NCBI GenBank assembly: GCA_963663895.2
Contig: CAXXRD010000001.1
Span: forward strand, 640,001 to 704,000
Length of the DNA stretch: 64,000 nucleotides
Reading direction: 5' to 3'
Source: Dehalococcoidia bacterium
GTDB lineage: Bacteria; Chloroflexota; Dehalococcoidia; Bin125
Part shown: positions 17,862 through 27,746 of the stretch, piece by piece
Layout of the letters: each line of letters begins with the position of its first letter
Position numbering within the stretch: the stretch's first letter is position 1
The notes under the pieces: model-generated
Databases searched by the model: none
Seen by the model: only the letters and a program-made list of their open reading frames with translations
What the model was told of the DNA's origin: nothing
Made by a program: the position numbers and the translations under genes

Positions 17862-19172
17862 TTGGGAGATGCCGTGCCCGAGGATGCGCCGCCGTCGATC
17901 AGCCTCCCGTCCGTCGCTGACGAGCGCCCGCCAGCGGGTCTCTCGCCGTGGCAAGCGGCGTTGCATTTCTTCGAGGATGGCGCCCGCCGCGTCCAGCTGG
18001 ACGAAGGCTGCGCCGATTTGCTGCGCCGCCCTTGGCGCGAACTGCACGTATCGGTTCCGATCCGCCGGGACAACGGCACCCTTGAAGTGCTGGCGGGATT
18101 CCGCGTGCAACACAACGGCGCCCGCGGACCGTATAAAGGAGGCGTCCGCTTCCACCCCAAGGCGGATCTGGACGAAGTGCGCGCGCTCGCAGCGCTGATG
18201 ACGTGGAAGACCGCCGTACTGGACCTGCCGTTCGGCGGCGCCAAGGGCGGGGTGCAGTGCGACGCCACCACGATGTCGGAGAACGAACTGCGACAGATCA
18301 CGCGCACCTATACCCAAAACATCGCCCACCTCCTCGGCGTCAGCCGCGACATCCCAGCACCCGACCTCGGCACCAACGCCCAAACGATGGCTTGGATGAT
18401 GGACGCCTACGGCGCTCGCTATGGCTATTCCCCGGGGATCGTGACGGGCAAGCCGCCCGCACTGGGCGGCTCGGAAGGACGCGCGGAAGCAACGGGGCTA
18501 GGCGTCGCGTTGATCACGCGCGACACCGTGCAGGCGATGGGTCGTGGATTGGAAGGGCTCCGCGTCGCCATCCAAGGCTATGGCAACGTCGGTGCCAACG
18601 CCGCGCGCTATCTGGACGCACTAGGGGCCACGATCGTCGCCGTTTCGGACATCCACGGGGGCGTGCATGATCCGGACGGGCTTGATGTCGCCGGGCTCCA
18701 GGCCCACTACGCGCGGACCGGCAGCGTCGCCGCCATGCCGGGCATCCAAGACTGTAGCGGCGAGGCGCTGCTCCACACCGAATGCGACGTCCTCATCCCC
18801 GCCGCGATCAACGGCGTCATCAATCGGGAGACGGTGGGCGGCGTGCAGGCGCCACTCATCGTGGAAGGGGCGAACGGACCGGTCACGCCCTACGCCGACC
18901 ACGAACTCACCAAACGCGGCGTCGTGATCGTGCCGGACATCATCGCCAACGGGGGCGGCGTCACCGTGTCGTATTTCGAGTGGACGCAGAACGTCCAGCG
19001 CTACCACTGGGGGCAGGAGCGCGTCGCGGAAGAGTTGGAGCGCGCGCTCTGCAGCGCTTATCGCGATCTATTGGTACGCGCCGCCAGCGACGGCGTCACG
19101 CTCCGGGCAGCAGCGTTCATGACCGGAATCGAGCGGGTGGCGGAGGCGATCCGTCTGCGCGGCTTCCTCTAG
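17862..19172 (+). CDS. gdhA: Glutamate dehydrogenase (Glu/Leu/Phe/Val DH family)
   Basis: GPYKGGVRFHP, GGAKGG, DIPAPD, ATGLGV, QGYGNVG, EGANGP, NGGGVTVSYFEW. Confidence 0.9.
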   Translation: MGDAVPEDAPPSISLPSVADERPPAGLSPWQAALHFFEDGARRVQLDEGCADLLRRPWRELHVSVPIRRDNGTLEVLAGFRVQHNGARGPYKGGVRFHPKADLDEVRALAALMTWKTAVLDLPFGGAKGGVQCDATTMSENELRQITRTYTQNIAHLLGVSRDIPAPDLGTNAQTMAWMMDAYGARYGYSPGIVTGKPPALGGSEGRAEATGLGVALITRDTVQAMGRGLEGLRVAIQGYGNVGANAARYLDALGATIVAVSDIHGGVHDPDGLDVAGLQAHYARTGSVAAMPGIQDCSGEALLHTECDVLIPAAINGVINRETVGGVQAPLIVEGANGPVTPYADHELTKRGVVIVPDIIANGGGVTVSYFEWTQNVQRYHWGQERVAEELERALCSAYRDLLVRAASDGVTLRAAAFMTGIERVAEAIRLRGFL

Positions 19173-19174
19173 CG

Positions 19175-20263
19175 CTACTCAAGTGCCGCGAGCACGGCGG
19201 GGAGATCGGCCGCCGCGCCCGCCACGCCACGGACTATCGCGTCCCCGTCGATCACGACGGCACGAAATTCGCCGTCCACCTCGAACGCGGCACCGACATC
19301 ACCGCGCCATCTCAAGGCGACGTGCTCCGCCGGCACGGTGGCATCCTCCTCGATCAAGATGGCCGTCGGATACCCTCCAGCTCGCGCCACGGCAGCGGCT
19401 TCCGCCGAACAGGCCAAGCATCCCGGCGGGCTGAACAGCAGAATCAACGGCGCTGCGAGATTATCCGACAAACGCCACGCCTCCCCACCATCGAGCCGCT
19501 GCGCCAAGAAGTCGGGCGTGGGCGCCCCGACCGTCGGAGCCTCGGGAATCCCGTCGGGATTGAACCGCAGCGGCAGCGCCTTCGGACCGGGCAGTGGCTC
19601 CGCCCCGACTACCTCGTCCAGCGTGGTCATGAGCGCGGCGACCTGTTCCTCGAAGGTGTCGTCCGGCGCCTGGCCGACGAAAATGGTGTCGATGACGCCA
19701 TCCGGCCGGACGAAGATGGAATTCGGCGGCCCCACTACCCCGTATCGCCGTGTCACGCCGCCGCCGAAATCCATCGGGAGGATGAAATCAATGCTGAACT
19801 CATCGCGAAAGGCGGCAGCCGATCGCCGCGCCTCTTCAATATTCACGCCCGCGACCACCAGCCCAGCCTCACGGTACTGGCGCTGAAGCCGCACGAGGAC
19901 GGGGATCTCACGTCGACACGGGGGACACCAAGACGCCCAAAAGTTCAGCACGACCGGATGGCCGCGCCAATCCGAGAGCCGGAACCGCCCCCCGTCGAGC
20001 GTTTCGAGCTCAAAATCGGGCGCCAGCGCTCCGGCCGCCACGGCCACCGGCCGCTGGCCCGGATTGAGATAGCGCGGGAGATCGGCCGGTCCGAACGCGT
20101 CGCCCGTGCTCAAGCCCTCCCCTCGTAGCGCAAGCCAGAGCGCCAGCGCCACCGCCCCCATCACCAGCACGCCCACGGCCAGCGTGCGCCGACCGTGGTA
20201 CTCGCGCGGGCGGTTGGGATTCTCGTCCGGAAATACGCCCTCGTCCGTCTGTGGAGCGTCCAT
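19175..20263 (-). CDS. Membrane-anchored TlpA/ResA-like redoxin with two thioredoxin-like domains
   Basis: N-terminal TM segment; APDFEL..NFWASWCPPC; second GAPTPDF..CLAC. Confidence 0.8.
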   Translation of the reverse strand: MDAPQTDEGVFPDENPNRPREYHGRRTLAVGVLVMGAVALALWLALRGEGLSTGDAFGPADLPRYLNPGQRPVAVAAGALAPDFELETLDGGRFRLSDWRGHPVVLNFWASWCPPCRREIPVLVRLQRQYREAGLVVAGVNIEEARRSAAAFRDEFSIDFILPMDFGGGVTRRYGVVGPPNSIFVRPDGVIDTIFVGQAPDDTFEEQVAALMTTLDEVVGAEPLPGPKALPLRFNPDGIPEAPTVGAPTPDFLAQRLDGGEAWRLSDNLAAPLILLFSPPGCLACSAEAAAVARAGGYPTAILIEEDATVPAEHVALRWRGDVGAAFEVDGEFRAVVIDGDAIVRGVAGAAADLPAVLAALE

Positions 20264-20352
20264 CCCGCCGTGCCCTCCGTGCTAGCTTGCTGCTAGCCTA
20301 CCGTTCACCCTGGGAGGCGGACGACGGCGCCGTGCAGTGATTGAGAAACGCT

Positions 20353-20862
20353 ATGACCGATCGCCAGCTCCAAGACCTGCTCGACAAGCAAGCGATCTAC
20401 GAGGTCCTCGCGCGCTATACGCGCGGCGTCGATCGCCTCGACCGCGAGATGATCCTGTCCTGCTATCACCCCGATGCGTTCGACGATCACGGCGGCTATC
20501 AAGGGACGGCCGAGGGGCACGTCGATTGGTCGTTCGAGGTCCTCGCCCCGTTCAAGCTCTCGAATCATCGCCTCGGCAACCTGCTGATCGACATCCAGGG
20601 CGACACGGCCTACAGCGAGTGCTATGTCTTACCCTATCTCGCCGGGAGCGACGCGGACGGCGCCAGCAAGCATCAATACTTCATCCTGCGCTTCATCGAC
20701 CGCTTCGAACGGCGCAGCGGCGGCCCTTGGCTGATCGCGCATCGCGTCCTCAGCTTCGACTGGAACCGCATTGACCCAGTGGAGGTCGGGCGTGCGCTCA
20801 CCGACGACTACATCGTGGGGCGCCGGGACAAACAGGACCCCGTCTACCAGCGCCCTTCCTAG
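20353..20862 (+). CDS. NTF2/SnoaL-like family protein
   Basis: LLDKQAIYEVLARYTRGVDRLD..YHPDA..HRLGN..DRFERR..W. Confidence 0.85.
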   Translation: MTDRQLQDLLDKQAIYEVLARYTRGVDRLDREMILSCYHPDAFDDHGGYQGTAEGHVDWSFEVLAPFKLSNHRLGNLLIDIQGDTAYSECYVLPYLAGSDADGASKHQYFILRFIDRFERRSGGPWLIAHRVLSFDWNRIDPVEVGRALTDDYIVGRRDKQDPVYQRPS

Positions 20863-20883
20863 CGTCCAGGGAGAGGTCCGTCC

Positions 20884-22677
20884 GTGACCGCATCTCAGCC
20901 ACCCGCCCATTCCGGATCACTCGTCGACCCCGTCACCTACGAGCTCGTGCGCAACACTTTGCTCGCCATCTCCAACGAGATGGCGCTGGTGGTCGCCAAG
21001 AGCGCCTATTCAACGGCGATCAACGAAGGGTTGGATTTCGCCAACGCCACCTACGACGGACAGGGACGGCTGTTGTCCCAAGGTGAGTACGATCTGCCCG
21101 CCTTCGTCGGGATCACCATGCTCGCGATCCCGGAGGTCGTGCGCGCCATCGGCCGGGAAACCATGGCCGAAGGCGACATCTACATGATCAACGACCCCTA
21201 CGTCGCCAGCACGCACTGCAACGACATTCACTTCGTCAAGCCGATCTTTGTCGAAGACGAGATCGTCGCCTTCCTCTCCTCGACAGCGCACTGGAGCGAC
21301 ATCGGCGGGGTCGTACCGGGCACGTTGAATCTCAGCGCGAAAACGCACTACGAGGAAGGTCTGCGGATCCCAGCGGTGACGATCGTCAAGCAGGGTGAAC
21401 TACAGGAGGATCTGCTCCGTCTCATCTTGGCCAACGTGCGTGAGGCCTGGGAGCGCGTCGGCGACCTGAACGCACAAACCGCCGCGTTGCGGACGGGCGA
21501 GCAGCGGATGCACGCGCTGTTCCGCAAACACGGAAAGGCCAAAACGCTGGCCACCTTCGCGGAGATGCAAAACCACGCCGAACGGATGGTCCGGGCGGCG
21601 TTACGCGAGATCCCGAACGGTGTCTACGCATCCACCGATCTGATCGACCAGGACCTCTCGACGGGGGAGCCCGTTGCGATCCGCCTCAAGATCACGATCG
21701 AGGACGACCATGCCATCTACGATCTGACCGAGAGCGACGACGCCGCCGGATCCGGCATCAACGGGACACTCGCCGCAACGACCTCGTCGATCTACAACTC
21801 CACGGCGGCGCTGCTCCCGCCCATGCCGATGAACTCCGGGATCATGCGGGCGATCGAGATCCGCGTGCGCCCCGGATCGATCTGCTACGCGCAGCCGCCC
21901 GTCGCGATTTCGGGCACGGCGGCAACCAGCTTGGAGTGCACCTTCGCGGCGGTGGTGAAGGCGCTCAGTCAAGCCTGGCCGGAGCGTGGCTGCGGCGTGT
22001 CATCCACGATCCACAACACCTGCTACAGCGGCGTGGACGGGCGCGCGGGGTTTGGCGCCCCCTTCATCGAGTACGTCTGGTCCGTGGGCGGGATGGGCGG
22101 CACCCAGAAGAAAGACGGCGCCAACGTCGTCGGATCGCCCTACGCCGCCAGCATCACCAACATCCCGGTAGAGCTGCAGGAGCGCCGCTATCCGCTGCTC
22201 TGGAACCGCTATCAGGTCATGCGGGATTCGGGCGGCCCCGGCCGCTCGCGCGGAGGCCTCGCCCTCACCCAGCACTGCTCGTTCCCGTACCAGCCGGGGC
22301 TACTCAACAGTTTCGGCAACCGCGAGCGCTTTGGTCCGCCCGGAGTTTTCGGCGGTGGCGCCGGCAAGACCGCCGGACTAGTGCTCAACCTGGGGACCGA
22401 GAACGAGCAGCGGATGAGCTCGTTCTCTACACAGGTGCCGGTCGATGTGGGAGACACTCTGACGCTCTGGTCGAACGGCGGGGGCGGCTACGGCGATCCA
22501 CTCCAGCGACCGGTCGAGCGCGTCCTGGAAGACGTGAAGGACGACTACCTCTCCGTCGCGGCGGCCCGGGAGCAGTACGGTGTCGTCATCCACGAGCGCG
22601 ATCGGCGCCAGCTGTGGTTCGAGATCGACGAGGCCGCGACGGCTGCTCTCCGCCGCGAGCGGAGCGCTGCCCGCTAA
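20884..22677 (+). CDS. Hydantoinase B/5-oxoprolinase family protein
   Basis: Same motif set as 11223 paralog. Confidence 0.92.
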   Translation: MTASQPPAHSGSLVDPVTYELVRNTLLAISNEMALVVAKSAYSTAINEGLDFANATYDGQGRLLSQGEYDLPAFVGITMLAIPEVVRAIGRETMAEGDIYMINDPYVASTHCNDIHFVKPIFVEDEIVAFLSSTAHWSDIGGVVPGTLNLSAKTHYEEGLRIPAVTIVKQGELQEDLLRLILANVREAWERVGDLNAQTAALRTGEQRMHALFRKHGKAKTLATFAEMQNHAERMVRAALREIPNGVYASTDLIDQDLSTGEPVAIRLKITIEDDHAIYDLTESDDAAGSGINGTLAATTSSIYNSTAALLPPMPMNSGIMRAIEIRVRPGSICYAQPPVAISGTAATSLECTFAAVVKALSQAWPERGCGVSSTIHNTCYSGVDGRAGFGAPFIEYVWSVGGMGGTQKKDGANVVGSPYAASITNIPVELQERRYPLLWNRYQVMRDSGGPGRSRGGLALTQHCSFPYQPGLLNSFGNRERFGPPGVFGGGAGKTAGLVLNLGTENEQRMSSFSTQVPVDVGDTLTLWSNGGGGYGDPLQRPVERVLEDVKDDYLSVAAAREQYGVVIHERDRRQLWFEIDEAATAALRRERSAAR

Positions 22678-22703
22678 GGCCGAGCGGGCAGGGGCGAGGC
22701 GCG

Positions 22704-24482
22704 ATGAGTAGCGGCGGACCCGGAACCGTTGATTCGATCACCTTCGAGATCGTGCGAAACTCGTTCATGGCCGTCTGCGCCGAGATGGCGCTGGTCGTAT
22801 CCAAGACCGCCTACTCACCGCCCATCAACGAAGGCAAGGACTTCGCCGGCACCGTCTCCGACGCGGACGGCAATCTGGTAGCGCAAAGCGAGTTCGACCT
22901 GCCCGCCTTCGTGGGACTCGGGATGTTCACCGTCAAAGAGGTGATCAGCCAGGTCGGGCTGGCGGCAATGGAGCCGGACGACATCTTCATGATCAACGAC
23001 CCCTACGTCGCCAGCACCCACTGCAACGACGTGCACTTCATCAAGCCCGTGTTTTACGGCGCGGAGCGCGTCGCCTTCGTCGAGTCGACGGCACACTGGA
23101 CCGATGTCGGCGGTCCCATCCCAAGCTCGCTCAACTCCCGCGCCACGTCGCACTTCGAGGAGGGCCTGCGCATCCCAGCGGTCAAGATCTACGAGCGGGG
23201 CGAGATCCGCCAGGACGTCCTGGACCTGATCCTGGCCAATATGCGCGAGCCCTGGGAACGGATGGGCGACCTCAATGCCCAGTGCTCGGCGCTGCGAACC
23301 GGCGACGCGCGTATCCAGCGGATGTGCCAGAAACACGGCACCACCGTGGTGCGCACGGTCCAAGCCGAGATGCAGAACCACTCCGAGCAGCTGATCCGGG
23401 CGACGCTGCGGGACCTGCCCGACGGGACCTACGAGGCCGAGGACCAGAACGACCAGGATTTCTCGACCGGCCTGCCCGTCACCTTCCGCGTCAAGCTCAG
23501 CATCGACGGCGATCACATGACCTTCGACCTTACCGAGAGCGACGACGCGGCCGGCTCCGCCATCAATACCAGCATCGTCGCGACCACATCCTCCATCTTC
23601 AACGCCATCGGGTCCGTGCTGCCTCCCATCCCAATGAACGCGGGCGTCCTACGGGCCGTTGAGATCAAGGCGCGCCCCGGATCGATCTGCCATGCACAGC
23701 CGCCACGCGCCGTGTCGACGCAGGGGACCAGCATGGAGATCATCATCGCCGCGGCGACGGCGGCGCTGAGTCAAGCGCTGCCCGAGCGCGGATCGGGGAC
23801 GTGCTCCACCGTGTTGAACACCGCCTACGCCGGTTACGACGAACGGCCGGGCTTCGAGACTTTTTTCTTGGAGTACGTCTGGGCAGTGGGCGGCATGGGC
23901 GGCACCAAATACAAAGACGGCTCCAACGTGGTCGGCTCCGCCTGGGCCGCGACTATCCAGAACATCCCCGTCGAGCTGCAGGAGCGCCGCTTCCCCCTCT
24001 TCTGGCGGCGCAACATGCTGTTGCCAGACTCCGCCGGCCCCGGCCGGCGCCGCGGCGGTCTGGCGCTCGAGCAGATCTGCGAGTTCGTCTTTCAAGGCGG
24101 CACCCTCACGAATTTCGGCAACCGTGAGCGCGTGGGGCCACCCGGTGTTTTCGACGGCGGACGCGGCGCCACGGCCGGCTTAGTCCTCAATCAGGGAACC
24201 GAGCGTGAGCGCGCGGTTGGCCTGGTCGCCTCCAACGTCCCGGTCAGCAGGAGCGAGACATTGCGCTATTGGTCGGCGGGCGGCGGCGGCTACGGCGATC
24301 CACTGGAGCGGGACCCCCGCCGCGTGCTCGACGACATCCGGGACGACTACCTCTCGATCGGCGCCGCGCGCGAGCAGTACGGTGTAGTGGTGCAAGAGAT
24401 CGATCGCCGGACCCTGCGATACGCCGTCGATGAGCGCGCCACCGAGCAGCTGCGCGCCCGGCTGCGCGCGGAGCGGCTGTAG
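22704..24482 (+). CDS. Hydantoinase B/5-oxoprolinase family protein
   Basis: Start re-assigned to MSSGGPGTVDSITFEIVRN; same motif set. Confidence 0.92.
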   Translation: MSSGGPGTVDSITFEIVRNSFMAVCAEMALVVSKTAYSPPINEGKDFAGTVSDADGNLVAQSEFDLPAFVGLGMFTVKEVISQVGLAAMEPDDIFMINDPYVASTHCNDVHFIKPVFYGAERVAFVESTAHWTDVGGPIPSSLNSRATSHFEEGLRIPAVKIYERGEIRQDVLDLILANMREPWERMGDLNAQCSALRTGDARIQRMCQKHGTTVVRTVQAEMQNHSEQLIRATLRDLPDGTYEAEDQNDQDFSTGLPVTFRVKLSIDGDHMTFDLTESDDAAGSAINTSIVATTSSIFNAIGSVLPPIPMNAGVLRAVEIKARPGSICHAQPPRAVSTQGTSMEIIIAAATAALSQALPERGSGTCSTVLNTAYAGYDERPGFETFFLEYVWAVGGMGGTKYKDGSNVVGSAWAATIQNIPVELQERRFPLFWRRNMLLPDSAGPGRRRGGLALEQICEFVFQGGTLTNFGNRERVGPPGVFDGGRGATAGLVLNQGTERERAVGLVASNVPVSRSETLRYWSAGGGGYGDPLERDPRRVLDDIRDDYLSIGAAREQYGVVVQEIDRRTLRYAVDERATEQLRARLRAERL

Positions 24483-24484
24483 CG

Positions 24485-25783
24485 ATGCCCGGCGATCCCA
24501 CCGATTTCACGCCGTATCTCGCCCCATCCCGGGGCGCGCGCGCGGGCCGGCGGGTCGAGGTCAGTGAAGCACTGGGGGCGATCGAGAGCGGACAGCGCGT
24601 TCTCGTCGGCCAAGCGTGCGGGGCGCCGCTGCTATTCTTCGAAGCCATGGTGGCGGAGCGCGGCCGCTGGGACGCGCTGGAGATCATCTTCGGCATCCAA
24701 CTGGCGCGCCTGCCCATCGTCGACTATCCCGGCGAGCCGTTCCGTTTCACCACGCTGCAACCCAACCCCTACCTCAAGCCGGCGGCCGAGGTCGTGACGC
24801 CGCTCCCCTCCCGGATCTCGGACGTGCCGGCGCTCTTCACGCCCAACGGCAGCCAGCCTGTTGACGCCGTCCTGATCCACGTCAGCCCTCCAGGGCCGGA
24901 GGGACGACTCAGCATGGGGACTTCCGTGGGCGTCATGATCGACGCCGTCCGCAGCGCGCCACTGGTGATCGCCCAGGTCAACCGCTTCATGCCGTACACG
25001 TTCGGCGCCGGCGAGCTGCGCCGCGACGAGATCGACATGCTCGTGGAGTTGGACGGCCCCTTGGTCGAGCTGGCGCGCGGGCCGGCCGGCCAGGTGGAGG
25101 AGCAGGTCGCGGAACAGGTCACGGCGATCGTCCCGGATGGGGCGACGCTGCAGTTCGGCATCGGCGCCGTGCCGGAGGCGATCAGCGCGCGCCTATCGGC
25201 ACGGCGCGACCTTGGCGTACATTCGGGCATGATCAGCGACGGCATCATCGAGCTGGTCGAGTCCGGCGCCCTCAACGGGGCAGCCAAAACGCTCGATCGC
25301 GGCACGATCATCACCGGCGAATTGATGGGGACCCGCCGACTGTTCGACTGGGCAGACCGCAACCCGCTCGTGCGGATGGCGCCACCGGCCTACACGCACG
25401 GCGTGTCGGTGCTGGAGCGCGGCCATCGTTTCACGGCGATCAACTCGGCGATCGAAGTCGGCCTCGACGGCAGCGTCAACGGAGAGGCGATCGGCGGCCG
25501 CCTCGTCTCGGGACCAGGAGGACAGCCCGACTTCGCCGAGGGGGCGCTGCGCTGTCCCGGTGGAATGAGCGTGGTGGCGCTCCCCTCCACCGCCGCCAAA
25601 GGCAAACGCTCGCGGATCGTCCGCCGGATTAGCGGCGAGACACCCGTCACGGTGCCCCGCCATCAAGTCGATCGCATCGTCACGGAATACGGGGGCGCCT
25701 CGCTCTACGGCCGCACGCTGCCTGAGCGAGCGCAAGCCCTGCGAGCGATCGCCCATCCGGAATTCCGAGAAGAGTTGGCCTGA
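24485..25783 (+). CDS. Acetyl-CoA hydrolase / 4-hydroxybutyrate CoA-transferase family protein
   Basis: DGATLQFGIGAVP, AINSAIEV, SGPGGQPDF, IVTEYG, IAHPEFRE. Confidence 0.88.
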   Translation: MPGDPTDFTPYLAPSRGARAGRRVEVSEALGAIESGQRVLVGQACGAPLLFFEAMVAERGRWDALEIIFGIQLARLPIVDYPGEPFRFTTLQPNPYLKPAAEVVTPLPSRISDVPALFTPNGSQPVDAVLIHVSPPGPEGRLSMGTSVGVMIDAVRSAPLVIAQVNRFMPYTFGAGELRRDEIDMLVELDGPLVELARGPAGQVEEQVAEQVTAIVPDGATLQFGIGAVPEAISARLSARRDLGVHSGMISDGIIELVESGALNGAAKTLDRGTIITGELMGTRRLFDWADRNPLVRMAPPAYTHGVSVLERGHRFTAINSAIEVGLDGSVNGEAIGGRLVSGPGGQPDFAEGALRCPGGMSVVALPSTAAKGKRSRIVRRISGETPVTVPRHQVDRIVTEYGGASLYGRTLPERAQALRAIAHPEFREELA

Positions 25784-25843
25784 GCCGTTGACTCGCAAGC
25801 GTCACAGCCCGATCCTGTCGCACCAAAGCTAGAGGAGGAACAG

Positions 25844-26788
25844 ATGCCGAACGCCCCGAGCCTGGACGAGGTCTTGTCGTACTTCGAAACACTGTCGAAT
25901 TGGGGGCGCTGGGGCGCGGACGACCAACTCGGCGCGATCAACATGATCAGCCCGGCCAAGCGCCGGGAAGCGGCGGCGCTGGTCACGGAGGGGATCACGG
26001 TCTCCTGCGCCTGGGATATCAACTCCGTAATGGCACACGATCCCTCCTACCGCCGGCCGCAGCGGATCATGCTGGGCACCGGCGAGGACCTCCAGGACCC
26101 AGCCACGGGCGACCGCTGGGGCTTCGCGTGGGAATTCCTCGGCCTGATCTACCACGGCTTCGCGGTCACCCACCTCGATAGCCTGGCCCACGTCTTCTGG
26201 GACAAGAAGATGTACAACGGCGTCCCGGCCGAGCGTGTGGCGTCCGAGAAGGGCGCGCAGGATTATGCGATCAGCGTCCTGGGGCAAGGCGTCAACTCAC
26301 GCGGCGTCCTGCTGGATGTCGCGGCGACAAAGGGCAAGGACTGGCTGGACGCGGACGAGACGGTCTTTCCCGAGGACTTGGAGGCGGCCGAGCGGCGCCA
26401 AGGCGTGCAAGTGAGCGAGGGCGATATCCTGCTCCTGCGCACCGGCCACGCGCGCAAGCGGCGCGTGCCCAAGGACCAGCGTGGCGACGAGAGCGGCATC
26501 CCTAGTTGGCAGGCGGCCTGCCTGCCTTGGCTGCGCGCGCGCGGCGTGGCCATGATCGGCTCCGACACCGCCAACGACGTCGCCCCGCAGCAGTACGAGG
26601 GCATGGAAAATCCCGTCCATCTCGTGGGCGTCACGGCGATGGGGCTGTGGCTGATCGATAACTGCGACCTCGAAGCCCTGCACGCAACCTGCGAGGCCCA
26701 ACAGCGCTGGGCCTTCCAACTGACGATCGCGCCGCTGCGCTGGCTGGGCGCGACCGGCTGTCCGGTTAATCCCATCGCCGTGTTCTAG
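25844..26788 (+). CDS. Cyclase (kynurenine formamidase-like) family metal hydrolase
   Basis: NWGRWG.DDQLG, THLDSLAH, RGVLLDV, GDILLLRTG, GCPVNPIA. Confidence 0.9.
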   Translation: MPNAPSLDEVLSYFETLSNWGRWGADDQLGAINMISPAKRREAAALVTEGITVSCAWDINSVMAHDPSYRRPQRIMLGTGEDLQDPATGDRWGFAWEFLGLIYHGFAVTHLDSLAHVFWDKKMYNGVPAERVASEKGAQDYAISVLGQGVNSRGVLLDVAATKGKDWLDADETVFPEDLEAAERRQGVQVSEGDILLLRTGHARKRRVPKDQRGDESGIPSWQAACLPWLRARGVAMIGSDTANDVAPQQYEGMENPVHLVGVTAMGLWLIDNCDLEALHATCEAQQRWAFQLTIAPLRWLGATGCPVNPIAVF

Positions 26789-26798
26789 CGAAACCCCC

Positions 26799-27746
26799 AT
26801 GCCGACTCCACCCGCCGAAAGCGCAGTGCTCGCCTACTTCGAGCAGCTCTCGAACTGGGGCCGCTGGGGCGACGATGATCAACTGGGAACGCTCAACCTC
26901 GTCACCAGCGACAAGCGCCGGGCCGCCGCCGCCTTGATCCATGAAGGCGTCGCCGTCTCATGCGCTTGGGATATCGTCTCGGACTCGCAACCCGATCCGA
27001 GCTTCCGCCACCCGCAGCGGATCATGCTGCTTACGGGGGACAACCTGGAAGCGCTGCATTGGGGCGGCGAGGCGGCCTTCTCGCTCGACTTCCTCGGCGC
27101 GGCCTATCACGGCTTCACCATCACCCACCTCGACGGTCTCTGCCACGCCTTCTGGGCGGGCAAGATGTACAACGGCTACCCGGCCGCCGCGGTGACGGCG
27201 CGCGAAGGGGCGACGCAGCTCGGGATCGAAGCGCTGCAAAGCGGCGTTGTGACGCGGGGCGTCCTGCTGGACATCGCCGCTCTGAAGGGCAAGGACTGGC
27301 TCGAACCGGGTGAGCCCGTGTATCCGGAGGACCTCGAGGCAGCGGAGGAGCGTCAATCCGTGCGCGTGGAGGAGGGCGACGCGCTCTTCCTACGCACGGG
27401 CTGGGGCAAACGCAAGCGCCTCCCCAAAAGCCAGCGCCCATCGACCGACGGCGCCTATCCCGGTTGGCACGCAGCTTGTCTGCCCTGGTTCCACGAACGG
27501 GGCATCGCCATGATCGGCGCGGACACCGGCAACGACGCCTATCCCTCGGGCTACCAGAAGCTCCAGCATCCCATCCATTCGATCGGGATGGTGGCGATGG
27601 GGCTGTGGCACATCGACAACTGCGACCTCGAAGAGCTCGGCGCGACCGTTGAGCGCCTCGGACGCTCCGCTTTCCATCTCTCGCTGGCGCCCCTTCGCTG
27701 GATCGGCGCGACCGGCTGCCCGGTCAATCCGATCGCGCTGTTCTAA
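26799..27746 (+). CDS. Cyclase family metal hydrolase (tandem paralog)
   Basis: Same motifs (THLDGLCH). Confidence 0.9.
   Translation: MPTPPAESAVLAYFEQLSNWGRWGDDDQLGTLNLVTSDKRRAAAALIHEGVAVSCAWDIVSDSQPDPSFRHPQRIMLLTGDNLEALHWGGEAAFSLDFLGAAYHGFTITHLDGLCHAFWAGKMYNGYPAAAVTAREGATQLGIEALQSGVVTRGVLLDIAALKGKDWLEPGEPVYPEDLEAAEERQSVRVEEGDALFLRTGWGKRKRLPKSQRPSTDGAYPGWHAACLPWFHERGIAMIGADTGNDAYPSGYQKLQHPIHSIGMVAMGLWHIDNCDLEELGATVERLGRSAFHLSLAPLRWIGATGCPVNPIALF

Noticed and set aside
21936-22703. N-terminal extension of the 848-aa ORF, suggesting a fusion
   Set aside because: Overlaps the upstream hyuB in another frame; homology to paralogs begins at ATG 22704
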